From Tidjanibacter sp. (GTDB lineage Bacteria > Bacteroidota > Bacteroidia > Bacteroidales > Rikenellaceae): a stretch of DNA of 64,000 nt. The stretch covers positions 32,492 to 96,491 of the forward strand of contig JAZQZS010000005.1 in assembly GCA_045634145.1 (NCBI GenBank). Direction: 5' to 3'. Each line of letters starts with the position of its first letter. The first letter of the stretch is position 1. This document shows positions 25,556 to 36,560 of this stretch, one piece after another. The translations under genes were made by a program, and so were the position numbers. A model generated the notes under the pieces. The model was given only the letters and a program-made list of their open reading frames with translations. It was not told the origin of the DNA and did no database searches.

Positions 25556-26257
25556 ATGGAGCAAAAATCGACCAAAACAGCACTCTCGAAAGAGAAAATT
25601 TCGGCCTCCCACGAGGGTCGCACCCACATACACGAGGGCGCGTGCTCGGCCGCAGAGGGCGGAAAAGTGGCAGGCAGCGAGGTCGAGGAGTCGCAAGGTG
25701 GTCAGCCCACGATACACAACCCTCAGTTCGACGTAGAGTGGTATGTGATGCGAGTGACCTATCAGCGCGAACTTGTGGCACAAAGGTTGCTCCGTGAACT
25801 CGGAATTGAGAGTTTCGTTCCAACCCAAAAAGTGCGTCGTCGCAAATCCACAGGTCACTACTATTGGCGCGAAGAGGCCAAAGTTCACAACTACATCTTC
25901 GTGCACTCGTCGCTGGCGAGGTTGCAGGAGATTAAGACCACAAAGATTACCTACCTGCGCTATATGATGGCCAAGGGCAGCGAGGGGCGTCCCGAGCCTC
26001 AGTTTGTTCCGGCCGACCAGATGGAGTCGTTTATGGCCATCTGTCGCAGCGAGGGGGTTAAGTACCTCGATCCCGACCTGAACTTGTGCAAGGGCGACAG
26101 GGTGAAGATTTTGAAAGGTCCTCTGGCGGGAGTTGAGGGCACATTCGTAAAGATTTCGGCCAAGAACGAGAAACGAGTGGTCGTACAGATCGAGGGCGTA
26201 GCCGCCGTAGCCACCGCCGCCATCCCCGCCGCCGAGGTGGAAAAAATTAAGAAATAA
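25556..26257 (+). CDS. UpxY-family transcription antiterminator (NusG-like)
   Basis: NGN-type ..EWYVMRVTYQRELVAQRLL.. and C-terminal KOW-like GDRVKILKGPLAGVEGTF. Start uncertain (ATG 25556, GTG 25517, or an internal GTG); it must precede the WYV motif. Confidence 0.8.
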   Translation: MEQKSTKTALSKEKISASHEGRTHIHEGACSAAEGGKVAGSEVEESQGGQPTIHNPQFDVEWYVMRVTYQRELVAQRLLRELGIESFVPTQKVRRRKSTGHYYWREEAKVHNYIFVHSSLARLQEIKTTKITYLRYMMAKGSEGRPEPQFVPADQMESFMAICRSEGVKYLDPDLNLCKGDRVKILKGPLAGVEGTFVKISAKNEKRVVVQIEGVAAVATAAIPAAEVEKIKK

Positions 26258-26320
26258 CCGTTTAAGCCCACGTCAAAGGGCACCCAAAAAGATAAAACCA
26301 CAAAGTAAAACATACTGCGT

Positions 26321-28273
26321 ATGCTGAAAAATTTACTACAAAATCGTTACCTGAGTTATTGGGCAGTTTTGTTTATCGACTTGCTAATTACCTGCGTCTC
26401 GGCAATCGTGTCGATTCTTTCCGTACACTACTTCGGAGAAGACACCCGTCTGAATATGAACACGGGTATGTGGCTGATGTTGGTGGCACTGGTTGTAAAT
26501 GTGCTCTGTTTCTACATCTTCCGTACCTACAAGCACATCATTAGGCACTCCTCGGTCAAGGGATTGTGGAGCATTGGTGCTGCCGTGACGCTGAAAGCCG
26601 TAGTCTTCTATGTGCTTCTGCACGCTTGGCCCTCGATTCACTGGGACGAGAAGTCGATCCTTCTGTGTGTATTGCTCGATGCACTGCTGTCGCTGGTATT
26701 GCTCATCGGCGCAAGGGTCGTTATGTTGATTGTTTACGATTGGGTGGTGGCTCACTCCGACGACAAGCGCAAAAGGGTGCTCGTCTATGGCGTGAGCGAC
26801 AAGAGTGTGGCCCTCACCACACGACTCTTCAAGAGCCCCCACTACCGTATCGCAGGTTTCTTGACCTACGGAACCGAGATGAGCGGTTACAAAGTGTCGG
26901 AGCACAGGACCTACTACTTCCGTAACGAGGAGGAGTTCAACAAAGTACTCGAACTCAGCTCGGCAGACGCAATTCTCTTTGCTGTTGAGGATGATGCAAA
27001 GAGCGAGAAAAACCGACTCATTAAGTATTGCGGCGAGCGCGAGGAGAAACCCATCAAAGTGTTGGTGGCTCCCCAGGTGGATGAGTTCGAGGCCGACAGC
27101 CTGAACAAGATGAAGATGCGCGACATCCGCATCGAGGATCTCTTGGGACGTGAGGAGATTACCATCAACCGCGAGGAGATATACAACAACTTCCACGGCA
27201 AAGTGGTGATGGTTACCGGTGGCGCAGGTTCGATTGGTAGCGAAATATGCCGCCAGATGGCCGACCTCGGAGTGAAAAAACTCATCATCTTCGATATGGC
27301 CGAGAGCCCTCTGCACGAGATTAGGCTCGAATTGGAGAAATCTTTCCCCGAGCTCGACTTTGTACCATTCATCGGCGATGTGCGCTCAGCTAAGCGTTTG
27401 CAGGTGGCTTTCGACCGCTATAAGCCCGAAATCGTATTCCACGCAGCAGCCTACAAGCACGTGCCTCTGATGGAGGAGAACCCCTGTGAGGCGGTGCTCA
27501 GCAATGTGCTCGGCTCGAAAAACGTGGCAGACCTGTGTGTGAAAAACAACGTGGAGAAGGTGGTGATGATCTCGACCGACAAAGCCGTGAACCCAACAAA
27601 CGTGATGGGCTGCTCGAAGCGATTGGCCGAAATCTACTGTCAGAGCCTCGGTATGGCTATCGCCGAGGGCAAGCAAGAGGGTAAAACCAAGTTCGTAACT
27701 ACCCGATTTGGTAATGTGCTCGGCAGCAACGGCAGTGTTATTCCTCACTTCCGCAGGCAGATTGAGCAGGGTGGTCCCGTGACCGTAACCCACCCCAAAA
27801 TCAACCGATTCTTTATGACAATCCCCGAGGCTTGTCGTCTGGTTATGGAGGCTGCAACTATGAGTAACGGCAACGAGATCTTCGTATTCGAAATGGGTGA
27901 GCCCGTGATGATTGTCGACTTGGCCAAGAAGATGATTAAACTCGCAGGCTACATGCCCGGCAAAGATATCGAAATCAAATTCACAGGTCTGCGCCCAGGT
28001 GAGAAACTCTACGAAGAGGTGCTTAGCAACGAAGAGAATACCATACCCACAGACCACCACAAGATTAAAATCGCCAAGGTTAGGGAGTATGACTTCGAGG
28101 CTGTGTCCGCCAAGTACGAAGAACTTATCGATACGGCCAAGAGTGGTGCTGTTGTAGACTCGGTACGTCGAATGAAGCAGATTGTACCCGAGTTCAAGAG
28201 TAATAACTCCGAGTTCGAGGCACTCGACAAAGAGATTGAGGCCGAGCAGCAGGCACAAGAGCAGATTGCATAG
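26321..28273 (+). CDS. membrane-bound polysaccharide biosynthesis protein CapD/WbpM-type (UDP-HexNAc 4,6-dehydratase family)
   Basis: 650 aa; 4 N-terminal TM helices, then SDR domain VTGGAGSIGSE .. YKHVPLME. Confidence 0.88.
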   Translation: MLKNLLQNRYLSYWAVLFIDLLITCVSAIVSILSVHYFGEDTRLNMNTGMWLMLVALVVNVLCFYIFRTYKHIIRHSSVKGLWSIGAAVTLKAVVFYVLLHAWPSIHWDEKSILLCVLLDALLSLVLLIGARVVMLIVYDWVVAHSDDKRKRVLVYGVSDKSVALTTRLFKSPHYRIAGFLTYGTEMSGYKVSEHRTYYFRNEEEFNKVLELSSADAILFAVEDDAKSEKNRLIKYCGEREEKPIKVLVAPQVDEFEADSLNKMKMRDIRIEDLLGREEITINREEIYNNFHGKVVMVTGGAGSIGSEICRQMADLGVKKLIIFDMAESPLHEIRLELEKSFPELDFVPFIGDVRSAKRLQVAFDRYKPEIVFHAAAYKHVPLMEENPCEAVLSNVLGSKNVADLCVKNNVEKVVMISTDKAVNPTNVMGCSKRLAEIYCQSLGMAIAEGKQEGKTKFVTTRFGNVLGSNGSVIPHFRRQIEQGGPVTVTHPKINRFFMTIPEACRLVMEAATMSNGNEIFVFEMGEPVMIVDLAKKMIKLAGYMPGKDIEIKFTGLRPGEKLYEEVLSNEENTIPTDHHKIKIAKVREYDFEAVSAKYEELIDTAKSGAVVDSVRRMKQIVPEFKSNNSEFEALDKEIEAEQQAQEQIA

Positions 28274-28378
28274 CCGATAAATAGCTCGGCAAAAGTTGCC
28301 CGAACATCGAAAGAAGCGAAACACGAAAGAAAGAATAGTTCTGCCGGACGGAACGAAACCAAATAAATTGAAGAAGAG

Positions 28379-29692
28379 ATGAAAATTGCAGTAGCAGGAA
28401 CGGGATATGTGGGCTTGTCGATAGCCACACTGCTCGCACAGCACAACGAGGTTGTGGCAGTAGATGTCATTCCCGAGAAGGTGGAAAAAATCAACAATCG
28501 TATATCGCCCATTCAAGACGAATACATCGAGAAGTATTTTGCAGAAAAACAGCTCAACTTGGTGGCAACACTGGATGGAAAATCCGCATACAAGGACGCC
28601 GAATTTGTGGTAATTGCAGCACCAACCAACTACGACCCACAGAAAAACTTCTTCGACACTCACCACATCGAAGATGTTATCGACCTTGTTTTGGAGGTCA
28701 ATCCCGAGGCAACGATGATTATCAAATCGACCATCCCCGTGGGCTACTGTCGCTCGCTATATGTGAAGTATGCTCAGAAATTCAAAGAGATGGGGTGGGA
28801 CGCAAGTCGCAAGTTCCGTCTGCTCTTCTCGCCCGAGTTCCTGCGAGAGAGCAAAGCACTCTACGACAACCTCTATCCAAGCCGCATCATCGTGGGTTAT
28901 CCCAAGATGATTGAGCAGTTTGGTGAGGAGAACGAGGCAATCAAAGCCATTGCAGGCAACCACTTGGAGGATGCTGCACACACCTTTGCGGATCTGTTGA
29001 AACAGGGTGCCCTGAAAGAGGACATCGATGTGCTCTTTATGGGCTTGAAGGAGGCCGAGGCAGTGAAACTGTTCGCCAATACCTACCTCGCTTTGCGCGT
29101 GAGCTACTTCAACGAGCTCGACACCTATGCCGAGATCAAAGGTCTGGATACTCAGGCTATCATTGAGGGTGTGGGACTTGATCCCCGTATCGGTACACAC
29201 TACAATAACCCCTCGTTTGGCTATGGTGGCTACTGCTTGCCCAAAGATACCAAACAGCTTTTGGCCAACTATGATTCGGTGCCACAGAATATGATGAGCG
29301 CTATTGTTGAGAGCAACCGCACTCGCAAAGACTTCATCGCCGATCAGGTATTGGCAAAGGCCGGCTACTATACGGGGTCGAGTGCGTGGAGCGCCGAGAA
29401 AGAGCAGGAGGTCGTTGTGGGCGTGTATCGCTTGACTATGAAGGCAGGCTCGGACAACTTCCGCCAAAGCGCAATTCAGGGCGTGATGAAACGTATCAAG
29501 GCAAAAGGTGCCAAGGTGATTGTTTTTGAGCCCACGTTGGAGAACGGCACGATGTTCTTCGGTAGCGAGGTTGTGAACGACCTTGGCCAATTCAAGAGTC
29601 GCTCGAATGCTATCATCGCCAACCGCTACGACAGCCAGTTGGACGATGTGGCCGAGAAAGTCTACACCCGCGATATTTTCAAGAGAGATTAG
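28379..29692 (+). CDS. ugd: UDP-glucose 6-dehydrogenase
   Basis: 437 aa; [17 protein letters not shown] fold; catalytic-Cys motif [10 protein letters not shown]. Confidence 0.92.
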   Translation: MKIAVAGTGYVGLSIATLLAQHNEVVAVDVIPEKVEKINNRISPIQDEYIEKYFAEKQLNLVATLDGKSAYKDAEFVVIAAPTNYDPQKNFFDTHHIEDVIDLVLEVNPEATMIIKSTIPVGYCRSLYVKYAQKFKEMGWDASRKFRLLFSPEFLRESKALYDNLYPSRIIVGYPKMIEQFGEENEAIKAIAGNHLEDAAHTFADLLKQGALKEDIDVLFMGLKEAEAVKLFANTYLALRVSYFNELDTYAEIKGLDTQAIIEGVGLDPRIGTHYNNPSFGYGGYCLPKDTKQLLANYDSVPQNMMSAIVESNRTRKDFIADQVLAKAGYYTGSSAWSAEKEQEVVVGVYRLTMKAGSDNFRQSAIQGVMKRIKAKGAKVIVFEPTLENGTMFFGSEVVNDLGQFKSRSNAIIANRYDSQLDDVAEKVYTRDIFKRD

Positions 29693-29713
29693 AATAGACA
29701 ATTGTCATACAGA

Positions 29714-30772
29714 ATGAAGGTACTTGTTACAGGAGCAGCAGGTTTTATCGGCTCCAACTTGGTCGAAAGGCTGCTGACAACCGAGAGCCCCATCGAAATC
29801 GTGGGCCTCGATAGCGTGAATGACTACTACGACGTGAGCATTAAAGAGTATCGACTCGGTAAGTTGGATACGCTCGCAGCTCAGTATCCCCAAAGTAAGT
29901 GGGAGTTTGTTAAGGGCAACTTGGCAGACAAAGCGCTCATCGACCGACTCTTTGCCGAGAACGACTTTGAGGTGGTAGTAAACCTTGCAGCACAAGCTGG
30001 CGTGCGCTATTCCATCACCAATCCCGATGCTTATATCGAGAGCAACCTTATCGGCTTCTACAACATTTTGGAGGCTTGTCGCCACAGCTACGACGGTGGT
30101 AAGAGGGGAGTGCAGCACTTGGTTTATGCATCGTCAAGCTCGGTGTATGGTAGCAATAAAAAAGTGCCATATTCGACCGATGATAAGGTTGATAATCCAG
30201 TAAGTCTGTATGCTGCGACAAAGAAGAGCAACGAATTGTTGGCTCACTCGTATAGCAAACTCTACAATATTCCTTCGACAGGTTTGAGATTTTTTACCGT
30301 CTATGGCCCCGCGGGTAGGCCCGATATGGCATACTTTGGCTTTACCGACAAACTGCGTAAGGGCGAAACTATCAAGATCTTCAACTACGGCAACTGCAAG
30401 AGGGATTTTACCTATGTGGATGATATTGTTGAAGGTGTTCAGAGGGTGATGCATAAGGCTCCCGAGAGGCGCAACGGTGAGGACGGACTTCCCGAGCCTC
30501 CCTATGCAGTATATAATATAGGAAACTCCAATCCCGAGAATCTTTTGGACTTTGTGGATATTTTGCAGCAGGAGTTGATACGTGCGGGAGTGCTGCCTGA
30601 GGACTACGACTTTGAGGCGCATAAGGAATTGGTCCCAATGCAGCCTGGCGATGTGCCAGTGACCTTTGCAGACACAAGCGCATTGGAGCGTGATTTTGGC
30701 TTCAAACCCCACACCCCTCTGCGCGATGGCCTCCGCAAGTTCGCCGAGTGGTATAAGGAGTTCTATGGCTAA
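29714..30772 (+). CDS. NAD-dependent epimerase, UDP-glucuronate 4-epimerase type
   Basis: MKVLVTGAAGFIGSN; YAATKKSNE (YxxxK); directly follows ugd. The ORF-track TTG start at 29702 is less likely. Confidence 0.82.
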   Translation: MKVLVTGAAGFIGSNLVERLLTTESPIEIVGLDSVNDYYDVSIKEYRLGKLDTLAAQYPQSKWEFVKGNLADKALIDRLFAENDFEVVVNLAAQAGVRYSITNPDAYIESNLIGFYNILEACRHSYDGGKRGVQHLVYASSSSVYGSNKKVPYSTDDKVDNPVSLYAATKKSNELLAHSYSKLYNIPSTGLRFFTVYGPAGRPDMAYFGFTDKLRKGETIKIFNYGNCKRDFTYVDDIVEGVQRVMHKAPERRNGEDGLPEPPYAVYNIGNSNPENLLDFVDILQQELIRAGVLPEDYDFEAHKELVPMQPGDVPVTFADTSALERDFGFKPHTPLRDGLRKFAEWYKEFYG

Positions 30773-30818
30773 TTTCTTAAAATCCTTATATGTAAAAAGG
30801 AGGTTTATTTGATTTGTT

Positions 30819-31811
30819 ATGAATATATTGATTACTGGTATTCACGGATTTGTTGGTAGTAATCTGGTGAAATCACTATCTTTGAATAACACCATCTATG
30901 GTTTAGATATTGTTTGTCCCGAGAAAGAAGGTGTGGTGAAAACCTATTCTTGGGATGATTTAGACAAAGGGGAAATCCCTCCCGTCAATGCTATTATACA
31001 TCTTGCAGGTAAGGCCCACGATACAAAGAATAAGAGTACAACCGATATTTATTTTAAAGTCAATACAGGCCTCACTCAACGTATTTTTGATTGGTATATG
31101 GCCAATTCTTGTGCGAGCAAGTTTATTTTCTTTTCAACAGTTAAAAGTGCTGCTGATTATGTTGTCGGAGACATTCTTACAGAGGAATGTGTTCCAACTC
31201 CCGTGGGCCCTTATGGTGAAAGTAAAATTGCTGCCGAAAATTACATCATAAGCAAATATTCTCCCGAGTCTATGGCAAATCCATATCATAGTTTTGGGGA
31301 CAGCAGGTTATATTCCAACAAAAAGGTTTATATAATGCGTCCTTGTATGATTCATGGTCCGGGAAATAAGGGCAATCTAAATCTGCTTTATAATGTTGTG
31401 GCAAAAGGAATTCCTTGGCCTTTGGGTGCTTTTGAAAACCGTCGTTCTTTTACTAGTATAGACAATTTGTGTGTAGTTATAGAGGGCCTCTTGTCGCAAA
31501 ACGTCGAGAGTGGCATATATCATATGGCTGATGATGAAGCACTATCTACAAATGAGCTGATATGTGTTATTTGTGAGGCTCTTGGACGTAAGAGTCATAT
31601 TTGGCACATCAACAAAGGTTTTATGAATGCAGTTGCAAAAGTTGGAGGGTGGTTACATTTGCCTTTGAACCCATTGAGGATGCAGAAATTGACAGAAAAC
31701 TATGTGGTTAGTAATGCGAAAATCAAAGCGGCACTATCCCTTGACGACATGCCAATAACTGCGAAGGAGGGACTGATTCGAACAATTACAAGTTTTAAGG
31801 AGACGAAGTAA
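30819..31811 (+). CDS. NAD-dependent epimerase/dehydratase family protein (possible UDP-4-keto-6-deoxy-HexNAc 4-reductase, WbpK/WbpV-like)
   Basis: ITGIHGFVGSN and YGESKIAAE. Sits between a WbpM-type dehydratase and a WbpL-type transferase; the functional guess is by analogy only. Confidence 0.7.
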   Translation: MNILITGIHGFVGSNLVKSLSLNNTIYGLDIVCPEKEGVVKTYSWDDLDKGEIPPVNAIIHLAGKAHDTKNKSTTDIYFKVNTGLTQRIFDWYMANSCASKFIFFSTVKSAADYVVGDILTEECVPTPVGPYGESKIAAENYIISKYSPESMANPYHSFGDSRLYSNKKVYIMRPCMIHGPGNKGNLNLLYNVVAKGIPWPLGAFENRRSFTSIDNLCVVIEGLLSQNVESGIYHMADDEALSTNELICVICEALGRKSHIWHINKGFMNAVAKVGGWLHLPLNPLRMQKLTENYVVSNAKIKAALSLDDMPITAKEGLIRTITSFKETK

Positions 31812-31822
31812 TAAAATTATTC

Positions 31823-32800
31823 ATGAGCACAAGTATCACTTATATAAGCATTGCGCTGATTTTAGTGGTGTTGGAGTTAATCTATTTCCGCATCGCTAAT
31901 CACTTTAACATTATAGACAAACCAAATTTACGTTCATCACATAGTAGTATTACACTTCGAGGCGGAGGAATTATATTCCCTTTGGCGATGGTAGTATATG
32001 CTATATTTTTGGGGGTGAGCTATCCTTGGTTCTTTGTCGCTCTTTTGGCTTTAAGTATCATTAGTTTTATTGATGATATCCGTTCTGTTCCGAATTCTGT
32101 GCGACTAGTTGTGCAATTCGCTGCTATGCTTATGGTAATTGGACAGTGGGGAATTTTGTCGTGTAACATGTGGTGGATGATTGTTATTGCACTGATATTC
32201 TGCACAGGTGTAATCAATGCATACAATTTTATGGATGGTATCAATGGTATTACTGGTGGGTACAGCTTGGCGGTATTAGTGCCATTGTCAGTGATAAATC
32301 ATTACACACCATTTGTTGAAATGCATATCATAATAGTGTCAATAATCAGTGTCTTGGTATTTTGTTTCTTTAATTTTAGAAAGAAAGCCAAATGTTTTGC
32401 TGGTGATGTTGGCTCAATAAGTATTGCATTTATAATTATCTTTATTCTCGGTAAACTGATTGTCCAAACTGGAGATTTGTGGTACATCATGTTGCTCGCT
32501 CTGTATGGTGTAGATGCAATACTTACCATTATTCATAGAATAATGCTCCACGAGCCACTAGGTCAAGCACATCGCAAGCATGCGTATCAACTTATGGCCA
32601 ATGAGCTGAAGATTCCCCATGTTGTGGTGTCTTCTATATATATGATTGTACAACTTGTGATAGCCGCTGGACTTATTTGGTTGCCAATTAATAAGTGGCT
32701 ATATTCTATTGTGGTGTTAGTTCTTCTGTGCGTGGCGTATGTCTTATTTAAGAAGAAGTACTACCATTTACACGAAGAGTACCTTAAATCAAAGGAGTAG
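31823..32800 (+). CDS. undecaprenyl-phosphate HexNAc-1-phosphate transferase (WecA/WbpL, MraY-like family): initiating transferase
   Basis: 325 aa, ~10 TM; NAYNFMDGINGITGG motif. Confidence 0.85.
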   Translation: MSTSITYISIALILVVLELIYFRIANHFNIIDKPNLRSSHSSITLRGGGIIFPLAMVVYAIFLGVSYPWFFVALLALSIISFIDDIRSVPNSVRLVVQFAAMLMVIGQWGILSCNMWWMIVIALIFCTGVINAYNFMDGINGITGGYSLAVLVPLSVINHYTPFVEMHIIIVSIISVLVFCFFNFRKKAKCFAGDVGSISIAFIIIFILGKLIVQTGDLWYIMLLALYGVDAILTIIHRIMLHEPLGQAHRKHAYQLMANELKIPHVVVSSIYMIVQLVIAAGLIWLPINKWLYSIVVLVLLCVAYVLFKKKYYHLHEEYLKSKE

Positions 32801-32804
32801 AACA

Positions 32805-33206
32805 ATGATTCTCGACAAACAACTTCTCGATGAGGTGAGTGCGCGAGCCAAAGAAAGTGAGCGCCTTAGGATGAACTACAACCTCCACGAGGCTATGGAT
32901 TCTAAGGCTCAGCGACTCTTTAATGCTCTTGAGCCTGGAACAATTTTGCCCATCCATCGACACCAGCACACCTCCGAAACTTATATTCTTGTGCGTGGTC
33001 GTATAGATGTTATGTTCTATAACGACGAGGGTGTTGAGGTCGAGCGTTTTGCACTCAATCCACACGATGGAAACTATGGTGTGCACATTCCCAATGGGCA
33101 GTGGCACACTTTGGAGGTATTGGAGAGTGACACCGTGATATTTGAGGTTAAGGACGGCCCATATGCGCCTCTTGGCCCCGAGGATATGATGACACGTAAT
33201 GAATAA
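32805..33206 (+). CDS. WbuC-family cupin protein
   Basis: ~133 aa from MILDKQLLDE; cupin His cluster PIHRHQHTSETYILVRG. Confidence 0.7.
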   Translation: MILDKQLLDEVSARAKESERLRMNYNLHEAMDSKAQRLFNALEPGTILPIHRHQHTSETYILVRGRIDVMFYNDEGVEVERFALNPHDGNYGVHIPNGQWHTLEVLESDTVIFEVKDGPYAPLGPEDMMTRNE

Positions 33207-34284
33207 GATTTGCGAGATACTCTTTGCGACACTGCGCGGAGCTCTTAACAACACTCTTGTTGATGGAGCCTTGGCAAGTGGAATCGACGATGCCGATTGG
33301 AGGGATTTCCTGAAATTGGCACAGCAACACAATGTCGTACCACTTGTTTGTGATGGTTTTGTCGGATTGAAGAAGATGTTGCCACCGAAAGTTTTTGCAC
33401 GAGTGGCAGGACTTACGGCCATGGCAGAGGATAAGTACTCTGTTCGCGTGGGGGTAATTGAGAAACTTGCCGGCTTGTTGTCATCGCACAATATCCCCTT
33501 GATGGTCTTAAAGGGCTATGGAGTGAGTCTTTACTATCCCAACCCTTGCCATCGTGTATTCAGCGATGTGGATACCTATAATTTTGGAAGGCTGGAAGAG
33601 GCCGACAGAGTTATGGCAGAGCAGTTGGGTGTAGAGATTGATGTAGATGTTCACCACCACACAACTTGCGTCTATAATGGGGTGCTAATTGAGAATCACT
33701 ACGATTTTGTAAACACCTCTGCTCATAATTCCAATGCTCGCTTCGAGAAGATTTTGAAGGCCGAGGCAGAGAATGTAAGTAGAAAACATAAGATTGGTGA
33801 TAGCGAGATTTTGCTTCCGTCGCCAATGTTCAATGCTCTGTTTTTGATGCGCCATATGGCTTTGCACTATGCAGCCGAGAGGGTGAGTGTGCGCCACCTG
33901 TGCGATTGGAAACAATTTGTGGAGGCCGAGGGCCATAATGTTGATTGGTCGCGAGTTCAGGCGATATATAAGCAGTTCAATATGAAACGCTTTGCAGATG
34001 CTATTACTGCTATATGTATTGACAAATTGGGGCTTGATGGCTCTTTAGTGCCTGGTATTGAGCGAGATGAAAAGATCGAGCAACGCATATTGCACGATAT
34101 CTTGTATGCCGAGTTTGACGAGGAAAAACCGAAGGATGGCTTGTTGAGGATTGTGTGGTGGAAGACCCGTCGCTATTTTGCCAACAGCTGGAAACACAAG
34201 TTGATATACAACGAGTCGGTTTTGTGGACATTTATCCAGTCGTCGTATTCTCACCTACTTAAACCGAAAACGATTAAACACTAA
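33199..34284 (+). CDS. uncharacterised nucleotidyltransferase-family protein (NTP_transf_5-like)
   Basis: 361 aa. VLKGYG..FSDVDTY and ..HHHT.. pattern recalled from this family, which is often found in polysaccharide loci. Confidence 0.55.
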   Translation: MNKICEILFATLRGALNNTLVDGALASGIDDADWRDFLKLAQQHNVVPLVCDGFVGLKKMLPPKVFARVAGLTAMAEDKYSVRVGVIEKLAGLLSSHNIPLMVLKGYGVSLYYPNPCHRVFSDVDTYNFGRLEEADRVMAEQLGVEIDVDVHHHTTCVYNGVLIENHYDFVNTSAHNSNARFEKILKAEAENVSRKHKIGDSEILLPSPMFNALFLMRHMALHYAAERVSVRHLCDWKQFVEAEGHNVDWSRVQAIYKQFNMKRFADAITAICIDKLGLDGSLVPGIERDEKIEQRILHDILYAEFDEEKPKDGLLRIVWWKTRRYFANSWKHKLIYNESVLWTFIQSSYSHLLKPKTIKH

Positions 34285-34294
34285 AATAATACGA

Positions 34295-35170
34295 ATGAAA
34301 GGTATTGTATTAGCAGGTGGTAGTGGTACACGTTTGTATCCCATTACAAAGGGGGTTAGTAAACAGTTGCTACCGGTTTATGATAAGCCGATGATATATT
34401 ACCCCATCTCGGTGCTTATGTTGGCGGGTATTAGGGATATTATGATTATCTCTACTCCCCACGATATGCCTGCATTTCAACGACTTTTGGGTGACGGCTA
34501 CGATTATGGCGTGAGGTTTGAGTATGCCGTACAGCCTCAGCCTAATGGCCTTGCCGAAGCATTCATTATCGGCAAAGAGTTTATCGGTAGCGATGATGTA
34601 TGTTTGGTTTTGGGCGATAATATCTTTTATGGTCAGGGCTTTACGGGTATGTTGCAGGATGCGGTTAGTAGGGTAGAGCAAGAGAGAAAATCTACCATAT
34701 TTGGCTATCGAGTGCCCAATCCGGAACGATTCGGAGTGGCAGAAGTTTCGGCAGATGGCTCGGTGGTAGGTATTGAGGAAAAACCCTCGTGCCCCAAGAG
34801 TGATATTGCTGTTACGGGACTCTATTTCTATACAAATGAGGTGATCAGTGTCGCACAGAGAACTACCCCATCACAGCGAGGCGAGTTGGAGGTTTCGGAT
34901 GTGAACAAGGCTTTTATGGAGCGAGGAGAGCTCTATTTACAGCAGCTTGGTCGTGGTTTCGCTTGGCTTGATACGGGTACTTTGGAGAGCCTTTTTGATG
35001 CGTCCAGATTTGTTGAGGTTGTGCAGTCGCGTCAAGGCGTACAGATTGCCTGCTTGGAGGAGATTGCTTGGCGTAAGGGCTGGATATCAAGTGAGCGTTT
35101 GCGCGAATTGGCCGAGCCAATGAAGGGCAATGCCTATGGAAAATATATGCTAAAATTAGCAGACCGATAA
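34295..35170 (+). CDS. rfbA: glucose-1-phosphate thymidylyltransferase
   Basis: [18 protein letters not shown].. Confidence 0.95.
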   Translation: MKGIVLAGGSGTRLYPITKGVSKQLLPVYDKPMIYYPISVLMLAGIRDIMIISTPHDMPAFQRLLGDGYDYGVRFEYAVQPQPNGLAEAFIIGKEFIGSDDVCLVLGDNIFYGQGFTGMLQDAVSRVEQERKSTIFGYRVPNPERFGVAEVSADGSVVGIEEKPSCPKSDIAVTGLYFYTNEVISVAQRTTPSQRGELEVSDVNKAFMERGELYLQQLGRGFAWLDTGTLESLFDASRFVEVVQSRQGVQIACLEEIAWRKGWISSERLRELAEPMKGNAYGKYMLKLADR

Positions 35171-35718
35171 TGACTATTCATAAGACAGGTATAGAGGGAG
35201 TTGTTGTTGTAGAGCCAAGAGTGCTTGGCGACGAGAGGGGTTATTTTTTTGAGTCCTTCTCGGAGCGTGATTTTGCGGCTGCTACGGGCATTGAGGTAAA
35301 GTTCGTGCAGGACAACGAGAGTATGTCGAAGAAGGGCGTTCTGCGTGGTCTGCACTTCCAGAATGAGCCCTATGCACAGGCCAAAATGGTGCGTGTGGTT
35401 AGGGGCAAAGTTCTTGATGTGGCAGTGGATATCAGACCCGAGAGCCCCACTTTCGGAAAGTATGTTGCAACCGAGCTAAGTGGCGAAAATCACCGCCAGA
35501 TGTTCATACCCAAAGGCTTTGCACACGGCTACTTGGTGCTGGAAGATAATACCGTTTTCCAGTACAAATGTGATGAGTACTATCATCCCGAGTCCGAGGG
35601 AGGCATCGCTTGGGACGATCCCCAGATTGGTATCGAATGGGGAGTTGAGACGGATGATGTAATCCTCTCTGATAAAGATAAAAACAGACCAATGCTGAGC
35701 AGTTTATGCGAGTTTTAG
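35170..35718 (+). CDS. rfbC: dTDP-4-dehydrorhamnose 3,5-epimerase
   Basis: 182 aa; ..DERGYFFESF.. RGLHFQ .. Confidence 0.93.
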   Translation: MTIHKTGIEGVVVVEPRVLGDERGYFFESFSERDFAAATGIEVKFVQDNESMSKKGVLRGLHFQNEPYAQAKMVRVVRGKVLDVAVDIRPESPTFGKYVATELSGENHRQMFIPKGFAHGYLVLEDNTVFQYKCDEYYHPESEGGIAWDDPQIGIEWGVETDDVILSDKDKNRPMLSSLCEF

Positions 35719-36560
35719 TTACAGGTGCCGATGGACAACTGGGTAGGTCTATCCGGAGGGTGACAGAGGGTGTTGAGGATAGCTATATCTTCACCGATGT
35801 TGCCGACCTGGATATTACCGACAAGAGCGCTGTCGATGCATTTGTGGCGGCCAATGGCATAGATGTGATTGTAAATTGTGCGGCATATACCAATGTGGAG
35901 AGGGCAGAGGATGAGGAAGATAAGGCCTTGCTGCTTAATGCCACTGCGGTTGGCTATTTGGCCGAGGCAGCAAAACAGAACGATGCCCTGCTGATTCACA
36001 TATCGACCGACTATGTCTATATGGGAGGTTGCTGCTCGATGCTTACAGAGCAGAGCAATCCTCAGCCGCTAAATGCTTATGGTCGTACCAAATGGGCCGG
36101 AGAGCAGGCTGTTATGGCTAGCGGATGTCACCATATTATTTTGCGTACTGCGTGGCTCTATTCCGAGTGGGGCAGCAACTTTGTGAAGACAATGTTGCGC
36201 CTGACTGCCGAGCGAGAGAGTGTAAATGTGGTAAGCGACCAAATCGGCACTCCTACCTATGCCGAAGATCTTGCGAGGGCTATTGTGCAGATTGTCTCGG
36301 AACGACATTTCAGGGAGGGAGTGTATCACTACACCAATATGGGTGAGTGTTCGTGGTGGCAGTTTGCTTGCGAGATTGCCCGCCTGGCGGGGAACGATAG
36401 GTGTGAAATAAGGCCTTGCACCACAGCCGAATACCCCACTAAGGCTCGTCGACCACTGAATACGGTGTTAGATAAGAGTAAATTTATTCGCACTTTTGGT
36501 ATCGAGATACCAGAGTGGCGAGAGTCGCTTAAAAAATGTATAGATGAGCTCCAAGCGTAG
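35706..36560 (+). CDS. rfbD: dTDP-4-dehydrorhamnose reductase
   Basis: 284 aa; MRVLVTGADGQLG .. NCAAYTNVERAE .. Confidence 0.92.
   Translation: MRVLVTGADGQLGRSIRRVTEGVEDSYIFTDVADLDITDKSAVDAFVAANGIDVIVNCAAYTNVERAEDEEDKALLLNATAVGYLAEAAKQNDALLIHISTDYVYMGGCCSMLTEQSNPQPLNAYGRTKWAGEQAVMASGCHHIILRTAWLYSEWGSNFVKTMLRLTAERESVNVVSDQIGTPTYAEDLARAIVQIVSERHFREGVYHYTNMGECSWWQFACEIARLAGNDRCEIRPCTTAEYPTKARRPLNTVLDKSKFIRTFGIEIPEWRESLKKCIDELQA

Noticed and set aside
25413-25906. ORFs 25413-25823 (-), 25468-25797 (+) and 25532-25906 (-) in the leader and 5' region of upxY.
   Set aside because: They overlap the leader and the GC-rich 5' part of upxY, have no recognisable motifs and an Arg/Pro-rich composition. 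They are likely frame shadows.
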